Assembly: GCA_013265495.1 (NCBI GenBank)
Contig: MU058153.1
Location: 560,001-624,000 of the forward strand
Length of the DNA: 64,000 bases
From: Vicugna vicugna
Taxonomy: Eukaryota
Direction of reading: 5' to 3'
A program made the position numbers and the translations under genes. This document shows positions 22,835 to 35,290 of this stretch, piece by piece. Positions within the stretch are counted from its first letter, which is position 1; each line of letters begins with the position of its first letter. A model generated the notes under the pieces. That model worked only from the letters and a program-made list of their open reading frames with translations. It did no database searches and had not been told where the DNA came from.

Positions 22835-23071
22835 TCATGTTTCTTGGGTGAGCTCAGTTATCACAGAACAAATAGGAACGCTGGGCCACTTGCTGCATCC
22901 GCCACCATGTTTTGCCCAGGAGATTCTCTTAAGTGGGCACCTTTCCCCTGCCCCATAATGAAGGCATATTGGAGCCTCTACAGTAACAACCTTTATATTT
23001 CATATGCCCTCTCTGCATTCATGTCTAGCCCGAGAAGAGTGAACTAAATGGGTGTCAACAGGGAAAAGAAG
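22835..23071 (+). pseudogene. Candidate pseudo-exon, phase 0 start
   Basis: Long pyrimidine tract ending ttgcattag|; 70 open codons SCFLGELSYHRTNRNAGPLAASATMFCPGDSLKWAPFPCPIMKAYWSLYSNNLYISYALSAFMSSPRRVN; possible donor AAG|gtcaag. Confidence 0.45.
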
Positions 23072-23281
23072 GTCAAGCTTTCAGAACTCTCAGGACTTGG
23101 AAGAGAGAAATTAATTTTGTTCTTTTGAGAGTAACACTCTCTCTCTTCCTTTCCTTTTCAGTTCATGCCATCTTAATCTTCAAAGTTCTGTGCTTTTCTG
23201 AGATGGGAGTGAGTTGGAAGAGCAGGAGCATATTAAGTATCTGGTAGACAGTGTAGTTCTGATTTTTTTTTTTAAATGCAG

Positions 23282-23427
23282 AACACCCCACCTGTCGCTG
23301 CATTCCAGGAAGAGGGAATCACTTCTATTTCAGAGTCTGATATCTTTGAGTTTTGGCTGTCTTTCATGGGATGGAGATATTTTTAAAGTGCATTGTGATG
23401 GGAGAATAAAGGATTCACCCAGAAGCA
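23282..23427 (+). pseudogene. Pseudo-exon with LamG/pentraxin-like motif
   Basis: T-tract ending aaatgcag| ... GCA|gtaaga; open frame ends FGCLSWDGDIFKVHCDGRIKDSPRS. Confidence 0.55.
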
Positions 23428-23690
23428 GTAAGAGCAAATGGTGCCACTTCTCTAAACCCTGATGGGCTTTCTATGTCACTTCTTAGAAACCTCTCAATAA
23501 CTTAGGTAGAAAGTAGTAGGAGGCAACTCATAGGCTTGGAATTCAAGAGAGGTATCAATTACAGCCTTGGTTCTGCCATAGGGAAGGTATTCTAGAGATC
23601 TATATGCACCAGTGAAGATATATATACTGCCATACAGTGATCAACTGGATGGCAGATGCTATGGCCAAGTCACCCTACAATTCAGTGAAC

Positions 23691-24195
23691 TTTTTTTTTA
23701 GTGAAGTATAGTTAATTTACAATTCTGTGTTTGTTTCTGATGTACAGCATGGCAACCAAATTTTTCATATATATATGTATGAAATATGTATATATATATA
23801 TGTATATACACATATATATATATACTTTTTCATTATAGGTTATTACAAGTTATAAATATAGTTCCCTGTGCTATATGATAGGACCCTGTTGTTTATTCTG
23901 TATATAGTAATTTGTATCAGCTAATCCCAAACTGCTGATTTAGCCCTCCTCCTTTCCCCTTGGTAATCGTAAGTTTGTGCTCGGTGTCTGGGAGTCTCTT
24001 TCTGTTTTGTAAATAAGTTTGTATCTTTTTTTTTTCTTTAGATTCCACATGTAAGTGATATCATACGGGATTGGTCGTTCTCTGACTGACTTAACCTCAC
24101 TTAGTGTGATCATCTCTAGGTCTATCCATGTTGCTGCAAATGGCATTATTTTATTTCTTTTTATGGCTGTGTAGTATTCCATTATGGATATGAAG

Positions 24196-24231
<36 letters not shown>

Positions 24232-24978
24232 CTTCTTTTTCCAGTCATCTGTTGATGGACACTTAGGTTGCTTCCATGTCTTAGCTATTGTAAGTAGTGC
24301 TGCTATGAACATTGGTATCTTTTTGAATTGGAGTTTTCACTGGATATATGCCCCAGAGTGGGATTGCTAGATCATATGGTAAGTCTATTTTTAGTTTTTT
24401 AAGGCATCTCCATACTGCTTTCCATAGTGACTGCACCAAATTACATTCCCACCAGCAGTGTAGGAGGGCTCCCATTTCTCCACACCCTCTCCAGCAGTTA
24501 TCATCTATGGATTTTTCTAATGATGGCCATTCTGACTGGTGTGAGGTGTAGTTTTGATTCGCATTTCTCTGATAATTAGCAATATTGAGCTTCTTTTCAT
24601 GTGCCTGTTGACCATCTGTTTGTCTTCATTGGAGAAATGTCTGTTTAGGTCTTTTGCCCATTTTTGGATTGGGTTGTTTGGTTTTTTGTTATTGAGTTGT
24701 AGGAGCTGTTTGTATATTCTGGAAGTTAAGCCATTGTCAGTCTCATCATTTGCAAATATTTTCTCCTAGTCCATGGGTTATCTTTTTTATTTTGTTTATT
24801 GTTTCCTTTGCTGTGCAAAAGCTTGTAGATTCAGTTAGGTCCCATTTGTTTATTTTGCTTTTATGTCTATTGCTTTGGTACACTGCCCTAGGAAAATATT
24901 GCTGTAATTTATGTCAGAGAATGTTTTGTCTATATTCTCTTCTAGAAGTTTTAGGGTGTCCTGTCTTAAGTTTAAGTC
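23691..24978 (-). mobile_element. Older 5'-truncated LINE-1 3' end with (TA)n and (CA)n expansions
   Basis: Colinear with the young L1; ORF2 C-terminus frameshifted (ORFs 23940..24248, 24281..24475). Confidence 0.95.
24198..24230. repeat. (CA)n microsatellite
   Basis: About 16 CA units. Confidence 0.95.
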
Positions 24979-26514
24979 AGTGAGGTATGCTTATTTCCTT
25001 GCACAAAAAAACTTCATTTCACTTTGGCTTTATTTTCCTCATCTGTAAACAGTTGGAATGCTGGTTGAAAAATATATCAGTGCAATAGAAATTTTCTTTA
25101 AATTGCTTATAAAATCTCCTAATATGAAAAAAATTAAAAGCTGAGGGTCTTCTCCGAAATGAGGATAAGAAACCTGAACCCTCACTGCTCACCAACCCTG
25201 CTCCCTGTCCTAAGACGCCTGCTTTCTGAGGTTACTCCATGCAGAACAATTTAAAGACCACTCTTTTTAAAATATTTATGTGGCCCCTTAGATTCTCACA
25301 TTCCTCTCAGCTCATATGTAAAATCAGAGAATCTGTGCGAAATGGATTGATTTCATCCATGAAGAAATGATATATTTGAAGGAGTCTAAGTACTTGGAGA
25401 CTTTGTATTTTACAAAAAGCATTAGACCCTTGAAATTTGAAAATTTATTGTTTGTAGGCTTACCTACTTTTGAGGCACATGCTGGAGTGATATTTGTACT
25501 ATAGAGACTCAGGAATGCCATAGATGCACTGTGTTTGTGTGCTGAGTATAGCATCCCTCACCCCTCTACTGTAGCTTCTTAAAAGTCATCTTAAATGCCC
25601 GTATTTATTCAACAAGTGGGCATTGTCCAGAAAGTAAATTAGAAGTAGGGCATTAAGGTAGGGATCATGGAATGTACATCGTCTATTAATTATGAACAAC
25701 TGAATATCAACGTTCCTCTTCTGTAACTCAGGCTTTTCCGTCCGAGTTTCCTCACATAGGTCCTGCAATGCCATAGGCGTGACCAGAATATGTGGAAGGT
25801 ATGATGTAAATGATCCTTCCATATAGATGCAGATGGCATTCTTTCCATTAATTGTGGATGTATATACTTTTCAAAGTAATTAACAGCAAACTTTAGTTTT
25901 TTTGGTCCTCCTCTGGTGTGACAATTTTCTAATCCTGAAGGTGAGGACAGAAACATCTGCATCTGAGGTATTTACACACATACTGACAGTGGTGTCTGGC
26001 ATTAGTTATAAACTCAATATTTTAACTGAGAGTAGATTAAGGGTTTTGCATGAACTTTTTGACTACTTACTATCTCGTATTTCCCCTTCTCAAATTTTTC
26101 AGGCAAGTTGCCAGTCTGTACTTCAATTGTCAATCAGTGTAACATAAAAAAGGTCTAAATATATTCAGCCAAGTTTAGAATGCTGTGTTAAGCAAAGTTA
26201 AATAAGATTCTTTACTGTAGATCTTTTAAGAGACTTTTTTTAAAAGCTAAAGTACATTGTGAATTTCTAAGAGGAAGTGTATTTGTAGCATTTTGCAAAC
26301 TTTTTTGACTACAGAGTACTGTTTTTCTTCTAGGAAATCTTATGAAATTAGTATTCTGAGAAACATACTTGCAATATATTGGCCTAGTCATTTTCAAGGA
26401 AGATTCATTTTAGGATATCACCATTTCTTAATTTATCCCAATCTAATTTCAGTGAATTAGAAATAGAAAACAGAGTCAGGGAGAGATCTGCTTTGTTATT
26501 TTTCCGCTGGGGGA

Positions 26515-26841
26515 GTGAAAGGTAGAAGGAATCACGCTAGCAGGAATTTATAGTGAGAAAATTCTTTCCATGTTTGTGTAATCATTGTGTCTTCTGGGGG
26601 AACCCTCTCTGTGGAAAATTTCTGATTGCAAGTGCAGAATGACTAGAATCAATTTAATTTTTCATCGGAAGGGTGAGCAGTCTATGTTTTAAGGAGCACC
26701 AACTTCTACATCACATTAAATATTGACAAACAACTGCAGTTCCTCTCTTTAATGTGCTTTTTTTGGTGCTTGGCCAAGCCAGGAAAATGAAAACCCCTTT
26801 GGGATCTGATATAGAATACAATTCACTCTGCAATTTTGATG
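26515..26841 (+). pseudogene. Two candidate pseudo-exons (about 26515-26672 and 26779-26841)
   Basis: Donors AGG|gtgagc (26672/26673) and ATG|gtaaac (26841/26842), acceptor ttggccaag; phases compatible but frame ambiguous. Confidence 0.3.
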
Positions 26842-27268
26842 GTAAACATGGTAATAAATTAGGGAGTGTAATAAATATGCATGGAAGTACCCAGAATCCT
26901 TCTTCTACTCCCCGTGTTCCTCAGAACACTTTGTTGTCACCTCTATGCATTCTCTAAGAAAATATATGTGGACTAGGGCCATCAGAGTGACTGTAAACTC
27001 TCTCACGTTTCTTCATTCAATGTTTCCATTTAAATGTTTATTTTAAGTAGTTCATTTTTCAAATGCCTTTTGGAAATACCTAGCTATTCCAGAACCCATT
27101 ACACAGCTCTCTTTATTTTTTAATCTAAGGCACAAATTCTCTGTGTCTCTGCTCCTGCAGTTTCTAGTGCAGAGACTCTGAATGAGGTCACAGAAATCTG
27201 CAGGGGTTGGATCATGTAGGAACTTCTAAGACATGGTAAAGAACTCAGAATTTAAAACAATTGCAATG

Positions 27269-27487
27269 CTATAAATTAGGAGTTCAAGATTTGCAGATAC
27301 TTACATATATAGTAGATAAACAACAAATTCGTACTATATAGCACAGGGAACTATATTCAATATCTTATAGTAACTTATGATGAAAATGAATCTATGTATG
27401 TTTGTTTATAACTGGAACATTGTGCTGTACACCAGAAATTGACACAGCATTGTAAACTGACAGTACTTCAATAATAATATATATACA
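27269..27487 (+). mobile_element. LINE-1 3' UTR fragment inserted in an L2 remnant
   Basis: Homologous to the young L1 3' UTR; TSD aaaacaattgcaatg (27254-27268) / aaaaaaatttcaatg (27488-27502), 13/15 identical. Confidence 0.9.
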
Positions 27488-27975
27488 AAAAAAATTTCAA
27501 TGGCAAGCCATTGGCTGGTTGAAGGAGAGCAGTGGTTCTTGTTCTTTTTGGTTTGATTCTTACATTATTGCTCTGTTTTCTGGATGGAAAATGGGCTGTG
27601 GGGAAGTAAAAGATGAAACCGGGAAATAGGTAAAAAGTAATTGCAGTTAACTCTGTCAATGACTAGGCATTTTACTGATGATAGTTTTCCCCACCAACCT
27701 TTGATCAGTGTAATGTCATAACAGCAAGATTTCTGTTTTATTAATTTCTGCATATCCAACAACTAGCATCTCATAGACACTAGAACAGAATAAATTAATT
27801 TTAAAATTCTTTTTAAAAAATACAGTAAGAGATACACATAGACAAAAACAGTTAATCCTCATCTTTCCTCCAGTTTCACCTTCCTGAGTCAGAGATTAGA
27901 TTGTGCTCTGCACCGTTTTAAGTCTAAAGACACAGTACTTAATAAAACAGCCAATTTCTTTCTTGGATTCCCAAG

Positions 27976-28211
27976 CTTTAGTGATAAAACGAAAGAGCTG
28001 GAACCCAGTACAACTCTTTGTTCAGCCCTCCTTCCACAAAAACTGAGCTCCTTTCTTTAGATCTTCACCATAACGGTTGCCCAGTGGTCTCTGTTTTGTT
28101 GTCCGTCTGTGTCAAGAGGAAGACACAAACCATCTGGGGTTCATAGTCAATAATGGTTCTTGACGTTTGTGTTCAACTTTCAATGCAAGAGTTACCAGAA
28201 GCAGCAGCTAA
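27976..28211 (+). pseudogene. Pseudo-exon, possibly terminal
   Basis: tttcttggattcccaag|; LVIKRKSWNPVQLFVQPSFHKN*APFFRSSP*RLPSGLCFVVRLCQEEDTNHLGFIVNNGS*RLCSTFNARVTRSSS* in one frame. Confidence 0.5.
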
Positions 28212-29501
28212 TTGTATTTATATTATACACCCCCTACTTCACTTGTTCTTCATTTTAATTTGCAATTGAACATGCTCAGATAATCATTTATTAATTTTGG
28301 ATCAAATAGCCAGTATTTACTGAGCAGTTTTTATTCAGTGCTGTTTAATGTGGAAACATGGAAATTTAAGATACGCTTCAGACCTTTAATTTAGCTGAGG
28401 AGATAAAACTAAAACTGTACTCACAGTTGTATTCCAGACTTCTTTGAATATAGCCAGTAATCAATAGACTTGTTTATTCCCTTCGTTTTGATTAAAAAAT
28501 ATCAATGGAGGATAATAGAAGTTGAGAAGAAAGAAAACTCATTGGTGAGGACTGGTCAAGATAGAAAGGCTTTATAGAAAGACTTTGCAAGGTGAATTAG
28601 TCCTGGAGGAACTGTTGAGACCTAGAAAGGTTAGAAATATGTGGACATATTCTCTAGGGAGAAGAGAAATTTGTGAGCTACGGATTGGTGGGAGAATTAA
28701 TAATGAGGTTATTAAAGCTGGAGCCAAAGGCATTTGTTACACATCAGAGGAACATGTTTTATTTCCTCATTTAATGGAAAGCTCTAGAAATAGAGGAATA
28801 TCAATTAAATGTGCTAAAAATTCAGAAGTTACCTGTGTGCTCTGATTAGTGGAAATGGCCATATTTTTTTCACTATGGAATGAAGTACAAGCCCCTCAAA
28901 ATTTATTTTCTAATTGGTTTTTGGATAATAGTTGACTCTTATTTCCCCTAGGTACAATATTATAAATTGGAACCTCTTTCCTGGAACATCTGCCCATACC
29001 ATAAAAACACCATAATCCATCACAATACATGAGAAATAATATGCAATTTTATTAATGTTTATTATATAAGTAAACATAAAACAGTATTCAAACTTCACTG
29101 TAAATATTCCCTTTGGAAGGGTTTGTTTCTTTTCTGGGATAGATCAGCAAAGCTGCTTAGAAGATAAGACTCAGCATGTTTATTGAAGACTCTTCACTTT
29201 CTGCTTAACCTATCGATAAGAAAAAAAGGTATTGTTCATTGTTCTAAGTATATTTGAATTATATCTAAAATTTGTCTAATTTTTCTTGAATTTTTTATTA
29301 TTTCAACATGTATGTAGGGCCAAAAAGTATTGGAACTGTACAATTTTTCATGGGCAACTTTTTTTTTCCTCTTTAATCATCCCGCGTTCTTCCATTCCAG
29401 TAAGAATCAGTTGAATTGCAACTCACTTCTCAGTTATCAGGTGTCTTGATGCAGATGACAGTTGTTAGCCACACGTACTTGTACATTTGGTTCAACAATG
29501 G

Positions 29502-29946
29502 TATCATGGGTTGAACCATGGTCCTCAAAAGGTATGCCTGAATTCCAACCCCTGGTACTGTCCATATGACCTTATCAAGAAAAATTATCATTAGAGATAT
29601 AATTCAGTGAAGGATCTTGTGAAGAGATCATTTTGGGTTAATTGGATGGGTCCTAAATCCAATGACAACTGTCATAAAAAGAAGAGACATACACAGAGGG
29701 AAAAGGCCCCATGAAGACAGACACAGAGATGAGAGTTATGCTACCTCTGGTCAGGGAATGCCTGGAGACGCTGGAAGCTGGAAGAGGCCAGAAAGTGTCC
29801 TTTCCTAGTGCTTTTGGAGGAAATTGGACTCTGCTGACACTTTGACTTGGACCTCTGGTCTCCAGAACTGTGAAAGTATAAATTTCTGTGGTTTTAAGCC
29901 ACCAAATCTGTGGTAATTTGTTATGGCAGTCTAGGAAACTAATATC
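29502..29946 (+). mobile_element. MaLR solo LTR (MLT1B/C-like)
   Basis: 5-bp TSD AATGG (29497-29501, 29947-29951); ctccagaactgtga...taagccacc...gttatggcagtctaggaaactaata. Confidence 0.9.
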
Positions 29947-30649
29947 AATGGGGGGACTACTTATTTATAATAAAATAAGCCATAAAAATTTTTTGAGACA
30001 AGTTTTCATTGGGAGTCCTTTGTAATTAGTCCCAGGAAGAGATTAAAAAGGCTTGTGTAGGGAGCAGAGGACCAACGCTAAATGATTACTGAGAACATCT
30101 TTAAATATGTAAATTTGGTATATTTAGTGCTTCTACATGGCTAATGACCTAATAGAAGAATAGACCTCATCTGAAGTAAAATATTATATGAAAATAGTAA
30201 CAGAGTATCTAGTGGCCTAATAACTATTAATATTTAAAGTACTGTTGTAATTCATAGAACCTTAGGTTCAGTAATAATGGAGGTAATCATGCTAGTATTA
30301 ATAATAACAGTTATTGTAATGGTAGTGGTAGGAGTGATTATGGACGTAGTGATAATTGGTATCATTCACTGAGATTCAAGAGTAGTCATTTAATCTTACT
30401 AGCCTCAGTTGTCTTCTCTGAAAAATAAGAAGAGGATACAAAGCTTTAGTGCCTCTCCTATTCAGAAATTCCTTGGGGATGTCACTCTTTTGGATAAACC
30501 AGATATTGGTGTGCATGAAAAAGTTATATCAAGATGACTTCCCAAGTCCAAGATCATAAAATACACACCATATCAATTCTGAACTCTATACAACCATATT
30601 ATCAACATGTCTTTTATTCTGGGAAGTTTAAAATCAAACTTGAATTACC

Positions 30650-31645
30650 AGCTCATAGTGCTCAGTATTTAAATAAAAAAAAAAAAGACAAACAACCCAA
30701 TCAAAAACTGGGCAGAACACCTAAGTAAACATTTCTCCAAAGAAGACATGCATACGACCAATAGGCACAAGAAAAGATGCTCAACATCGCAGATTATTAG
30801 AAATATAATTGAGATATCACCTTACACCAGTCAGAATGGCCATAATCAAAAGTCTACAAATAATAAATACCAGAGAGGATGTGGAGAAAAGGGAACCCTC
30901 CTACACTGTTGGTGGGAATGTAAATTGGTGCAACCACTATGGAGGACGGTATGGAGGTTCCTTAAAAAACTAAAAATAGAGTTACCATATGACCCAGCAG
31001 TCCCACTCCTGGGCATATATCTGGAAAAAAATGAAAACTCAAATTCAAAAAGATACATGCACCCCAATGTTCATAGCAGCACTATTTACAATAGCCAAGA
31101 CATGGAAGGAACCTAAGTGTCCATTGACAGATGACTGGATAAAGAAAATGTGGTACATATATACAATGGAATATTACTCAACCACAAAAAGAAACAAAAT
31201 AATGCCATTTGCAACAAAATAGGTAAACCTAGAGATTATCATACTAAATGAAATCAGACAGAGAAAGACAAAGATATGATGCTACTTATATGTGGAATCT
31301 AAAAAAATGACACAAACTTACTTAACGAAACAGAAGGAGATCCCAGTCATTGAACACAAACTTATGGTTAACAAAGGGGAAAGGGGGAAGGGATAAAGTA
31401 GGAGTCTGAGATTAACAGATACACATGACTACATCTAAAATACATAAACAACGATGTCCTACTGTATACCACAGGGAACTATATTTAATATCTTATAATA
31501 ATCTACAATGGAAAAGAATCTACAATGAAAAATAATATATATACACATATATAAATATGTGTGTATCTGAATCACTATGCTGTACATCAGAAACTATAAC
31601 ACAACATTGTAAATCAACTATACTTCAAAAAAAATCAAAAGCAAT
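30650..31645 (+). mobile_element. 5'-truncated LINE-1 3' end (about 1 kb)
   Basis: Frameshifted ORF2 C-terminus ([13 protein letters not shown]), 3' UTR and A-tail; 14-bp TSD aa(a/c)cttgaattacc at 30636-30649 and 31646-31659. Confidence 0.95.
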
Positions 31646-32454
31646 AACCTTGAATTACCTGGTCAAAGCAAAAGACAGTGGTTCTAAATTTCTCTGACAA
31701 ATGTCTGTGATAAGAAGATATAGATTATGGCCTGAGAATCTTTCATCTGAGGTATGTTTCATCTGGAAACTATGCTGCAAAGGGGCTTCCTATAAAATAA
31801 ATTGTATTTTTCCATTGAAACAATGTTATAATTGGAACTTGTATTCTTAGCCTCATGATTGCAGTCAAATATAATATGCATGTTCAATGATCTGACACTA
31901 AGGCACAATTATAAATTTTGATAATAATTTAAAAATTAAAAAAATGCCCCAATTCTATAAATGGGTAGAAAGGTTTTATGCAAAGTAGTTATGTACCAAT
32001 GTACTCTGCTGTCTGTATACAGACTTTAGAGCATATGTGTGAACTTTAAGGACTTGAATGTGTGGTTTTGGAGAAAAGCAGGGTATTTCGATGCCTGTTT
32101 ATTCACCTGGTTCTTGTAGTTGATATGTTGTAATTTCCTTTTTATTTTGACTCCCTTTCATCTGTCATCATACATATTAATGGCAATTAATATTGATGAG
32201 CAAAATATATCAAAAGGTGCATAGTTGATTTCTATAGGCAAAAGAGAAAAATTCCAGTCACATTACTCACTTTGGTAAAGGCTCAGTTTCACGCTGTGAA
32301 GATAAAGGGCATTGTTCCTGCTGTTCTTCTAAACTCAGTGTGCTAAATCTCTTTTATTTTTATCTTAGATTTCTGTATTTCCTTTTATCTCAATACCTTG
32401 CCAGTGGTATGTAATCTGTATTAAAATTGATGTTAATGCTAATGGTGGTAATGA

Positions 32455-32680
32455 TAATAGTAAAGTCATAATAAAAATGAAATTAGTATGTTCCAGTTCC
32501 TGGGTTAAGCAGTTGACAAGAACCATGCTACCAAATACTATGAATATGTTACAAAATTCTATGAAGTGGATGTGCTACTATCATCCCTATTTTACAGATG
32601 AGGCCAGTTACTCAAGATCATACAACTAACCAATGTTGGATCTAAAGATTGAAATTTTATTTTATTATTTGAAAGTCCAT
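32455..32680 (-). mobile_element. MIR SINE
   Basis: atccctattttacagatgagg core. Confidence 0.65.
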
Positions 32681-32699
32681 ATTCCCAAGAGTTGAGAAG

Positions 32700-33630
32700 T
32701 AGACTCATGCAGTAAAACACTTTGATTTTTCAAGAAAGGCAACAAATCAGTGCAATGGGGAAAGAAAAACTTCTCAGCAAATTGTGCTGAGTATTCTGAA
32801 TATTTATAAGGGAAGAAATAATCAGCATCAACCCCTGCCTCACTTCATACACAGTGATTTTAAATGAATCATAAACTTAACATAAAAGTGAAAACCATAA
32901 AGATTCTAGAAGATAACACAGAAGATAATAGTTAATAACTTTCAGAAAGGCAAAGCTTTTATAATTAGGATGTAAGAAGCACCAGAATAGGAGGAAAAAT
33001 AATAAAATTGACTTTATCAAAATTAAAATGTTCTTCTAAGAATATGAATAGGCAAATCAGACTGGAAGAAAATATTTTTGATATATATTTCTATAAAAGG
33101 TTATATCCAGAATATATTTTTAAAACCTCATACAAGTCAATAATAAAATATAACCCAACTAAAAAATAAATATGCAAAAACTTGAATAAACATTTTATGA
33201 AGGAAGTGATACACATAGCCATTAAGCTCATGAAAATATGCTTTGTATTATTAGTCATTAGGGAAATACTAATTAAAAATTCAAAGGCATACCATTCCAC
33301 ACTGACTGGAAGAGGTTAAATAAAAAAAAAAAACCTGGCAATATCAGATTCTGTCAATAATGCAGAAAACTTGTAACACTTAACGATTTGCTAAGTGCAA
33401 ATGAAAAATATATAGCCACTTTGTTAACCCTTTGGCAATGTCTTATAAAGATATTCATAATCTACCCCAGCAGTTTTCAGAGTGTAATCTGAGGACCCTG
33501 AGGACCTGTTGTATGATTTTATGTGTGAAGTTCAATTGCAGGCAAAACTAATCTGTGATGATAGAAATCAGAGAGTGGTCACCTCTGCATTTTGGGAAAT
33601 TTGACTTCAAAGAGGAAAGAGAATTTTCTG
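32700..33630 (+). mobile_element. Ancient L1M ORF2/3' remnant
   Basis: Degenerate ORF2 motifs (ttgatttttcaagaaaggc, attgactttatcaaaattaaaa, tagaaatcagagagtggt). Confidence 0.8.
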
Positions 33631-33674
33631 GCATTTATTTAAAATAAAGTAAAAAGGAATATTGTTTTACATAT

Positions 33675-34248
33675 TGTTACCCAAAAACTGGGTTCGCCTC
33701 TTGGGTGTCTAGCCAAAATGCACAGCCAAGCCAAAGATCGAGAGAAGAAAGGATAAATGACTTGCAGCAAGTAAAGAGAACACCAGGGATCTTTACCAAA
33801 GCAGTGTCTCTTGGAACAGCAAAATTGGGGAGGTTTTAGGCTAAGGGTACTTGCATATTCATGAAGGGGCTTGGGCAGTGGACAGAGTTCAAGGTTGATT
33901 TGATTGAAGTCAGGAGGGTCAGAAAAGGTCAGTATCATCATCCCTTAGGTGTCAGTTGATCTGGTGGTTGAGTGATGTGGGCTGATCTTTACCCTTGAAA
34001 CAGAACTGGCAGTCTTTACAATTAATATGTAACTTTTGCTACTGTTACTTCTCTTGGCTGGTAACAGTCCTTTGTTTCTGCGTTCTTCTGTTCCCTTAAG
34101 ATTATTAATTACAGAAACCTGTTCAAGGGCAAGGCTGATGGCCACACAGAGGTCACAAAATGGATTAGGCCAAAATTGGCTTCTCTTATGTCAAGAAAGC
34201 CATGCCTGGTTCTCTTTCTCTGGGGACCCCCTACCCTATGTGCTTACA
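33675..34248 (-). mobile_element. ERV1-class solo LTR (about 574 bp)
   Basis: tgttaccc...gcttaca termini and abrupt composition change; strand inferred from recalled similarity. Confidence 0.7.
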
Positions 34249-35069
34249 TGATGGGCTTCTGTCAGTTCTGTATTGGTGCCTCTTTATAAGTTAGATAACT
34301 GAGAATTGATGCAATTTTTACCATGGAAATACTTATAAGAAAAGAGCTTAATAAATGAAAATGACCGTGATTCAGGCTAATAAGAATGAAGAGGAGGCAT
34401 GATCCTTGTCCTCACGGAATTTGCATTATTCTGGGAAAACAACAGTAATCAATAAAGGACAGATGATAATTGGGGGGAGGGTTATGGAAGAAACATCGGG
34501 TTCTGGGAGAGTGCTGGGCCTCACTCAGAACATGGACATAAGGAAAGATGTCCTTTTATCCTTCCTAACTCAAATGAGTTTCTGATGACCGGATATGATC
34601 CATGGTGTGCTGGATAGCCTGCCTCTCATTTTTGAGCTATTTTTTCACATTCAAAAGCATTTACTGCATATTTTAAATTCTGTTCCAAAGAGCCAGGTCA
34701 TTCTGAGTTCACCAGAGAGGGCTGTCATTTCCTCTGGTATCTGCTAATTCTTTAGTAACACCTTCATGTTGTTACTATCACACTTTTACACCTAGCCTGC
34801 CTTCAATCCTTGTTGCAAGATAACACCAGCACCTTCACACTTTTTTTTCTGTCTCCCTTGCCATTTATTTCTTCTCCCTGAAAGTCCTCCTTCTCAGACA
34901 TCCACTGAAACTGGAGTGATTAATGATGAGATAGACCCAATCACAGCTGCAGAGTTACTGGCTTACTTTTATTTCTTCTGGAAAACTTCAACCATAATGA
35001 GTAAGGGCACCAAGTGCAGACTCCCCAGAGTCCCAGAACTGAAATAGAGTGTAGAGTCCATTCAGCAGT

Positions 35070-35290
35070 ATTAGCTAACATTTACTGAGTGCACACTGTA
35101 AGGTACGCTCCTTAAAAATGTCTATACATTTTCGCATTTAATCCTCACAACTATACAACGAGCTTATCTTTCCTGTCTATCTTCATTTTCTAAAGGAGAA
35201 AACTGAGACTTACAGGCTTGAAGAAAATTTTCTTAAGCTTCATTACTAACAACCAGTTGGGAAAGGTTTGGTCCTGGGTCTCTGAATGCA
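35070..35290 (-). mobile_element. MIR SINE
   Basis: gctaacatttactgagtgcac...atttaatcctcacaac...gaaaactgagact. Confidence 0.7.

Larger units (their letters stand above)
1041..28211 (+). pseudogene. Decayed multi-exon gene (unprocessed, probably unitary pseudogene) for a large Cys-containing, probably extracellular protein; may extend upstream of the window
   Basis: Series of blocks, most bounded by polypyrimidine-AG and GT donors, all on the + strand. Phases are mostly compatible (5239-5465 ph1-0, 5695-5758 ph0-1, 6132-6329 ph1-1, 7581-7651 ph1-0, 8929-9084 ph0-0, 9265 ph0; 16242-16381 ph1-0, 16471 ph0). Translations are protein-like with scattered stops and 1-bp frameshifts. Confidence 0.72.

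Noticed and set aside
22901..22910. Kozak-like GCCACCATG
   Set aside because: It lies inside a presumed internal pseudo-exon, gives only a short ORF and has no promoter context.
25311..25940. Several splice-like sites and a 58-codon open stretch
   Set aside because: They could belong to the fossil gene, but several alternative boundaries and frames fit equally well, so none is called.
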